Shown one piece after another: positions 58,044-64,000 of a stretch of 64,000 bases of DNA. A program made the translations under genes and the position numbers. The notes beneath the pieces were generated by a model. The model was not told the origin of the DNA. It worked only from the letters and a program-made list of their open reading frames with translations, and did not search any database. Position 1 is the stretch's first letter; every line of letters begins with the position of its first letter. The stretch comes from Patescibacteria group bacterium. Its GTDB lineage: Bacteria; Patescibacteriota; Patescibacteriia; Magasanikbacterales; GWA2-37-8. Location of the stretch: the NCBI GenBank assembly GCA_028688375.1, contig JAQTYG010000002.1, positions 3,841 to 67,840 on the forward strand, in the 5' to 3' direction.

Positions 58044-58793
58044 ATGGCGCCAGCTTACGTCAAAATTCATTGGTTTAAAACCTGGTGGGGGATTACCATC
58101 ATTGCTTTTTTATGTTTTTTAATCGCCGCGGCCTTGGCTTTTACGGCGCTTATTTTTAATTATTGGAAAACGATTAAATCCGGGCAGGGCGCGCTTTTGC
58201 AACAAAAATTCGGCGCGCAGTACGGCCAGGCCCAAACCGAGGATCCGGCGGTGGTGCTGGCGCGTAAAGAATTGGAGACTGCCGATGACCCTTATTTAGG
58301 CAACGCGACCGCCGATACGGTTATCGTGGAATTCAGTGACTTTAAATGTCCGATTTGCAAGGCGGAAGCGCCGGTTTTACAGCAACTGGCCGGCAAGTAT
58401 GGTTATAAAATAAAAATAATTGTTCGTGATTTCGCCATGGAGTCGGTGCATACCGGCGCGTCGCGCTTGGCCGAGGTGGCTTCTTGCGCCAACGAGCAAG
58501 GCGGTTATTGGCTGTTCTCTGATTATTTTTTCGCCAATCAGGATAGTTTGGGCGCGGATTTTAACAGCGCGGCGGTGGATCGGCTGGTGGATGAATACGG
58601 TTTGGACAAAAGCAAAATGCGGAATTGTTTGGAGACCGGCCGGGGCCGGATTGAAGCGAGCAAGGACTATACCGACGGTTATAAAAACGGTGTCAGCCGA
58701 GGCACGCCGACTTTTTTCGTGAACGGACACAAGCTGGAAGGTTTTGTTTCGTTGGAAACTTGGGAAAAAGTATTTAAAGAGGCGGGGATTTAA
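58044..58793 (+). CDS. DsbA-family thiol-disulfide oxidoreductase
   Basis: EFSDFKCPIC, GTPTFFVNG, N-terminal TM. Confidence 0.9.
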   Translation: MAPAYVKIHWFKTWWGITIIAFLCFLIAAALAFTALIFNYWKTIKSGQGALLQQKFGAQYGQAQTEDPAVVLARKELETADDPYLGNATADTVIVEFSDFKCPICKAEAPVLQQLAGKYGYKIKIIVRDFAMESVHTGASRLAEVASCANEQGGYWLFSDYFFANQDSLGADFNSAAVDRLVDEYGLDKSKMRNCLETGRGRIEASKDYTDGYKNGVSRGTPTFFVNGHKLEGFVSLETWEKVFKEAGI

Positions 58794-58810
58794 AAATAAT
58801 TGAGGCGGTT

Positions 58811-60244
58811 ATGTCTAAAAAAATAATTATCATTTTTTTTCTGGCCATATCGGTTTTTTGGCCGACCATTGTTTTTGGCCAAGCCCAGACCTCCGCTACG
58901 AATCCGCTCTGTTGGACCAAAGAGCTTTGCAAGCAAGAGCGAGACAAGTATGGCGTCTCCGGCGCAGACAGTGGCTGGGTCCAAGAAGAACCATGCCTCG
59001 GTGATTGGGGGAAGTGTTTGCCGGGCGCCGTGACAAAAGCGGAGGTTTCTTTCGGTGGTAGCAGCCAGTTTACCGATATCGGTCAATATATTAAGACCAT
59101 CTATAATTATTCCTTGGTGATTATCGGTATATTAGCCACAGTGATAATTATTATTTCCGGCGCTCAATGGATAACTTCGGCCGGCAACACCGAAACTATC
59201 AGCAGCGCAAAAAAGAAAATTACCGGAGCGGTGATCGGTTTGGTTATTGCTTATATGTCTTATAATATTTTGAACAGTATCAATCCGGCTACGGTAAATT
59301 TGCGCTTGCCGCAGGTTTGGCTATTACGCAGTGTTCCTTTGCCACCCAAGTGGTGCCAGGAAGTGCAGCTACAAGTCGCAGGAGCGTCCTTGCCGGATGC
59401 TTTTAAAGTAACTAAAGAATATGTAAAGTTTGCCAAAGACCAATATAACACCAATCTTTCTCCTGATGTACCATTTAAGCAGAGCGAAACACTGTGTGGA
59501 GTGCAGTTTGAGTCGCCGGCCGGCGGTTACTGTTTTGGCAGTGTTTGCGACGGCCTGTCGCCGAGCAGCAATGATGCGGATATCAAAAATAAAATTTGCG
59601 GCAAGGATTTTCCCTGCGCCTGTTATCCAAAAAAATCCAGCAGTGATATGTCCATCAATGTCTGTCAGCCGTCAAGTTTGGGTGGAACAATAAATATGAA
59701 TGGGAAAAATAAAATTGAGGATTGGTATGTTGACTATATAACATTGTACGCTCTGTGCCATGTCGGCGAACAATATTCTGTGCGGAGAGTCGATTATTCT
59801 GACCCGGATGAGGACAATGCGGATTATGGATTAACTGCTCACACTGATAATAATGCTGATTGCGCTTTTGCTCCTGGCTCCGGCGGCAGCCAAGGTGGCA
59901 CGCCTTTATTATCCGGATATTTTTTGGCGGTTGAAGTAAACGACGCCGGCTCTGTCATATCCCAAGATGATACCTGGGTTTTGGGGAAAAAATCATGCGG
60001 CAATGGCGGCAAACCAATAGTCGGGGCGAACATGGCGAGCTTCGCGCCCCTGGCAGACCCGTCTAATGCGAAAGAATATACGCTTACACTTGGCGTTATG
60101 GCGGAAATGATGGCCGGAGGCGATTTGTGGGGCGCTTCGGATTTAGCGAAAGGAGTTACCTGCGACATCGTTACGAACGTTCCCCCATACAATATCGGTC
60201 TAGAAAACTCAGACCTTAAAGACGGTGTTTTTTATCGCCCTTAG
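58811..60244 (+). CDS. CPR-type pilin-domain protein with Cys-rich extensions
   Basis: YI..IYNY...IGILA...II.SG.QW.TSAGN....SAK..I..A.IGL.I...SY.IL..INP. Confidence 0.72.
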   Translation: MSKKIIIIFFLAISVFWPTIVFGQAQTSATNPLCWTKELCKQERDKYGVSGADSGWVQEEPCLGDWGKCLPGAVTKAEVSFGGSSQFTDIGQYIKTIYNYSLVIIGILATVIIIISGAQWITSAGNTETISSAKKKITGAVIGLVIAYMSYNILNSINPATVNLRLPQVWLLRSVPLPPKWCQEVQLQVAGASLPDAFKVTKEYVKFAKDQYNTNLSPDVPFKQSETLCGVQFESPAGGYCFGSVCDGLSPSSNDADIKNKICGKDFPCACYPKKSSSDMSINVCQPSSLGGTINMNGKNKIEDWYVDYITLYALCHVGEQYSVRRVDYSDPDEDNADYGLTAHTDNNADCAFAPGSGGSQGGTPLLSGYFLAVEVNDAGSVISQDDTWVLGKKSCGNGGKPIVGANMASFAPLADPSNAKEYTLTLGVMAEMMAGGDLWGASDLAKGVTCDIVTNVPPYNIGLENSDLKDGVFYRP

Positions 60245-60358
60245 AGCGTCGGCTCACCCGCGCTCTTGACGTATTGCCAGAATAGTGGTAGTATGAGTTG
60301 CCAAATATTTTTATTTTGATTTGGCCCGCTGTTTCAGCGGCAATACGGGTCATAATAT

Positions 60359-63160
60359 ATGCCGGAAAAAATCGTCATCAAGGGCGCTCGCGTGCACAAT
60401 TTAAAAAATGTTGATATTGATATCCCGAAGAATAAGTTTGTGGTGATTACCGGTTTGTCCGGTTCGGGAAAATCGTCTTTGGCGTTTGATACTATTTACG
60501 CCGAGGGCCAGCGCCGTTATGCCGAATCGCTGTCTTCCTATGCCCGCCAGTTTATGGAGGTGCGAGACAAGCCGGATATTGATTCCGTGGTGGGTTTGTC
60601 GCCGACCATCGCCATTGACCAGCGCGCTTCCACGCAAAATCCCCGTTCCACCGTCGGTACGGTGACGGAAGTTTACGATTATCTGCGTTTGCTTTTCGCC
60701 CGCGCCGGCGAACAATTTTGTCCGGATTGCGGCGTTAAGGTTAATGTTTTTACCGCCGGAGAAATCACGGAAAAAGTGCGACAACTCGCCAGAAAAAATG
60801 GCGAGCTTTTAATTTTATCGCCTTTGGTGCGCGACCAGAAAGTTGAAGCGAAAGCGTTGATTGAAGAAGTGGAACAATCCGGTTTGGATACGGTTTGGCT
60901 GGACGGCGACTTGATAAAAATAAACGAATTGGCGGATTTTGTTTTTGACCCGAAAAAAAGTTATCGCGTCGGTTTGTTAGTCGGAAAAATTGATGACGTC
61001 AAAAAACAAGACCCGAACAAAATGGTGGAGACGGCGATTGACTTGAGCAACGGCCTGGTGGATTTGGTGATTAAAAATAAATTGGAAACTTATTCCACTT
61101 TCGGCCTGTGTCCGAAATGCGGGGCGACCATGCCGGCGCCGGATATCCGTAATTTTTCTTTCAACAGTCCGCTGGGCGCCTGCCCGCGTTGTACCGGTCT
61201 CGGCATTACTATGGAAGTGGATACGGATTTGGTGATTCCCAATCGCCGTTTGACTTTGGCCGAAGGCGCCATTCAGCCCTGGACGCGCATCACCGGCAAT
61301 CAGACTTGGTATCAGAAAATTTTGTCCGCCCTCGCCAAACGGCATGGTTTTTCTATGGATACGCCGGCTGGTGATTTGTCCAAAAGCGCTTTAGAGATAA
61401 TTTTGCACGGCACCGGCCAGGAGCCTTATGATGTGGAGGGAAAGAAAGTTGTTTTTAACGGCGTGGTGGAAGACCTGCGGGCGCGCCACTTGGCCACCGA
61501 TTCCGATTATGTGCGCAAAGAAATTGAACAATACATGCGCGAGCAAGTTTGTTCGCTGTGTTTGGGTAAGCGGTTGAAAAAAGAATCTTTGGCGGTAAAA
61601 GTGAAAGAAAAAAATATTGCTGAAGTGTCGGCGATGAATATTGAAGAGAGCGTCGGATTTTTTAAAGATTTGAATGGCGCGAAAAATAAAGAAACCAGAA
61701 ACAGTTTGGTCATCGCGCCGATTGTAAAAGAAATCAATAGTCGTTTGAGCAATCTCACTTCGGTCGGGCTGGATTATCTAAGTTTGGATCGGTCGATGAA
61801 CACTTTATCCGGCGGCGAGGTGACCCGGGTGCGATTGTCCACTCAGTTGTCGTCCGGTTTGACCGGCGTGGTCTATATTTTGGACGAACCGTCGGTTGGT
61901 TTGCATCCGCGTGATATAAAAAAATTAATTGATACTTTGAAATATTTGCGCGACCTGGGCAATTCGGTGATTGTGGTGGAGCACGATGCCGCCGTGATGA
62001 ACGCCGCCGATTATATCATTGATGTCGGCCCGGGCGCCGGCGTTTATGGCGGTGAAATCGTGGCCAAGGGCACGCTGGCGGAGATTAAAAAATCAAAAAA
62101 TTCTTTGACCGGCGATTATTTGTCCGGCCGGACGAAAGTAAAACGCATCACGCCGAAAAAAATAAAAGAAACCGGCAAAAAAATCCGCATTGTCGGCGCC
62201 AGCGCGTTCAATCTGAAAAATATCACCGTTAATATTCCGCTCAGCAAATTGGTGTGCGTGACCGGCGTGTCCGGTTCGGGCAAGTCCACTTTGATCGTGG
62301 AAATTTTGAGCAAAGCCCTGTCTAAACATTTTTATCGCGCCAAGGAAGAACCGGGCGCTCACAAAAGCATTGAGGGTATCAACAATATTGATAAAGTAAT
62401 CGCCATTGACCAGTCGCCGATCGGACGCACCCCACGCTCCAATCCCGCCACTTATACCGGCGTGTTCACTTTGATTCGCGACCTGTTTTCTTCTCTGCCG
62501 GAAGCCAAAATGCGCCGCTACGACGCGGGTAAATTCAGCTTTAACGTCAAAGGCGGCGGCCGTTGCGAGGCCTGCGCCGGCGAGGGCTACGTTCGCATCC
62601 CGATGCAATTTTTGGCCGATGTGTTTGTTACCTGCAACGAGTGCGGCGGTTCGCGCTACAATCAGGAAGCGCTGGAGATCCATTATCAAGGGAAAAATAT
62701 TTCCGATATTTTGAACATGACAGTGGAAGAGGCCTATAAATTTTTTAGTTCCGACCGGCAGATCGCCCAAAAATTAAATGTTTTGCGCGATGTCGGTTTA
62801 AGTTATTTACAGCTCGGCCAGCCGGCCACCACTTTGTCCGGCGGTGAAGCTCAACGCATCAAATTGGCGACGGAGTTGTCGCGCGCTTCCACCGGCAAGA
62901 CGCTGTATATTTTAGACGAGCCGACCACGGGTTTGCATTTTGAAGATATTTCCCGTTTGCTCCAGGTGCTGGAGCAACTAGTGGAGAAGGGGAATACGGT
63001 GTTGATTATTGAACACAACATTGACGTGATAAAAAATTGCGATTGGGTAATTGAGCTTGGTCCGGATGGCGGTAAGCACGGGGGTGAATTAGTGGCCGAA
63101 GGGCCGGCCGACAAATTGATAAAGAATAAAAAATCTTGGACAGGAAAGTATTTGAAATAA
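60359..63160 (+). CDS. uvrA: excinuclease ABC subunit A
   Basis: [22 protein letters not shown], two ABC domains, zinc fingers. Confidence 0.98.
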   Translation: MPEKIVIKGARVHNLKNVDIDIPKNKFVVITGLSGSGKSSLAFDTIYAEGQRRYAESLSSYARQFMEVRDKPDIDSVVGLSPTIAIDQRASTQNPRSTVGTVTEVYDYLRLLFARAGEQFCPDCGVKVNVFTAGEITEKVRQLARKNGELLILSPLVRDQKVEAKALIEEVEQSGLDTVWLDGDLIKINELADFVFDPKKSYRVGLLVGKIDDVKKQDPNKMVETAIDLSNGLVDLVIKNKLETYSTFGLCPKCGATMPAPDIRNFSFNSPLGACPRCTGLGITMEVDTDLVIPNRRLTLAEGAIQPWTRITGNQTWYQKILSALAKRHGFSMDTPAGDLSKSALEIILHGTGQEPYDVEGKKVVFNGVVEDLRARHLATDSDYVRKEIEQYMREQVCSLCLGKRLKKESLAVKVKEKNIAEVSAMNIEESVGFFKDLNGAKNKETRNSLVIAPIVKEINSRLSNLTSVGLDYLSLDRSMNTLSGGEVTRVRLSTQLSSGLTGVVYILDEPSVGLHPRDIKKLIDTLKYLRDLGNSVIVVEHDAAVMNAADYIIDVGPGAGVYGGEIVAKGTLAEIKKSKNSLTGDYLSGRTKVKRITPKKIKETGKKIRIVGASAFNLKNITVNIPLSKLVCVTGVSGSGKSTLIVEILSKALSKHFYRAKEEPGAHKSIEGINNIDKVIAIDQSPIGRTPRSNPATYTGVFTLIRDLFSSLPEAKMRRYDAGKFSFNVKGGGRCEACAGEGYVRIPMQFLADVFVTCNECGGSRYNQEALEIHYQGKNISDILNMTVEEAYKFFSSDRQIAQKLNVLRDVGLSYLQLGQPATTLSGGEAQRIKLATELSRASTGKTLYILDEPTTGLHFEDISRLLQVLEQLVEKGNTVLIIEHNIDVIKNCDWVIELGPDGGKHGGELVAEGPADKLIKNKKSWTGKYLK

Positions 63161-63214
63161 TTTAATAATTAAAAAATCCGCCCCGCAAAATGTGGGACGG
63201 ATTTTTTAATTTGT

Positions 63215-63541
63215 TTATTTAGTTTCTTCCATTCTCCGTTTGAATTTCGGATCACGCAGGAAGTGCAATTTGGCGCGTCGAACGGCCAATTGTTTCACCA
63301 CTTCTATTTTGGCCACCACCGGAGATTGGAGCGGAAATATTTTTTCCACGCCGATCCCGTCGGAGATTTTTCTTACCGTGATGGTCGCGCCCGATTCTTT
63401 GCCGTGTTTGGCGGCGATAATCGTGCCTTCATAAATCTGAATACGCTCTTTTTCTTCACCCTTGGTATTCATTTCTTTGATTTTTTGATGGACTTTTACG
63501 ACCATGCCCGGCTTGTAGACAATGGATTGTGTTTCAGTCAT
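63215..63541 (-). CDS. rplS: 50S ribosomal protein L19
   Basis: [32 protein letters not shown]; ATG at 63541. Confidence 0.95.
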   Translation of the reverse strand: MTETQSIVYKPGMVVKVHQKIKEMNTKGEEKERIQIYEGTIIAAKHGKESGATITVRKISDGIGVEKIFPLQSPVVAKIEVVKQLAVRRAKLHFLRDPKFKRRMEETK

Positions 63542-63598
63542 ATTTAAAAAGGAATAAGGAATAAAGAATAAGGAATAATTGAGTGTCAATATATTAGC

Positions 63599-64000
63599 TT
63601 AATTTGGCTTTTGTGTCAAGGGTTTCCCCGCGGGTGCTTTTATAAATTTCTTTAGGATTTTAAGCGTTTTGTTCACCGCCAGCCCCATCCGGCCATCGGG
63701 GTTTACCACCGTATAATCATAATATTTTTGTTCTTTCATCTCCCGGCGGGCGTTTTTTATGCGTTTTTTTATCTCAATTTCAGTGATGGTCGGGTCGCGC
63801 CGGATGAAGCGTTTTTTAAGCACTCGGAGGCTGTCCGGCTTAATAAATATGCCCAACACTTGATGGGGCGGAAAAGCCCGGCGGTAAGAAAGGAGGCCGC
63901 GTTTTTCCAGATTGCCAATCAGATTTATGCCTTGAGCCAATTTTTTTTCAATTTGTTTTTTTATCGTGCCGTAATAAACATTGCGGTTGGGGATTCCAAT
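63599..64000 (-). CDS. gmk: guanylate kinase, C-terminal part
   Basis: YYGT, IFI.P.S...L..R...R, KR...A..EM...YDY.VVN. Confidence 0.75.
   Translation of the reverse strand: MGIPNRNVYYGTIKKQIEKKLAQGINLIGNLEKRGLLSYRRAFPPHQVLGIFIKPDSLRVLKKRFIRRDPTITEIEIKKRIKNARREMKEQKYYDYTVVNPDGRMGLAVNKTLKILKKFIKAPAGKPLTQKPN

Overview
Chromosomal segment of a small-genome bacterium. Gene content and style point to CPR/Patescibacteria (inference). The housekeeping backbone includes rnc-nusB-rpmF, gyrA, rpsA, ftsH, thrS, miaAB, GT4 glycosyltransferases with a sugar transferase, rnpB, rnj, secG, uvrA, rplS, gmk and four tRNAs. It is interrupted by several GC-rich single-gene cassettes, each with its own consensus sigma70 promoter. 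The main accessory element is a complete diversity-generating retroelement (DGR) at ~17.3-19.9 kb: target gene with VR, hairpin, TR, avd and RT. It has three unusual properties. (1) avd is antisense and head-to-head overlapping with RT. (2) A G10/C10 tract in that overlap puts RT in frame and avd out of frame; one base fewer reverses this, so it is a candidate slippage switch. (3) The 5' part of the TR looks as if it has itself been mutagenised. Other notable items are an orphan P-loop ATPase fused to tandem Csx3/Crn3-like domains with no CRISPR array in the window, a covarying structured non-coding motif repeated after two adjacent GC-rich genes, two long hairpin-rich non-coding regions, an unannotated 23-aa lysine-rich protein, and many heptamer and palindromic repeats inserted in frame inside genes. 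All calls are from reading the sequence by eye; no database searches were run.
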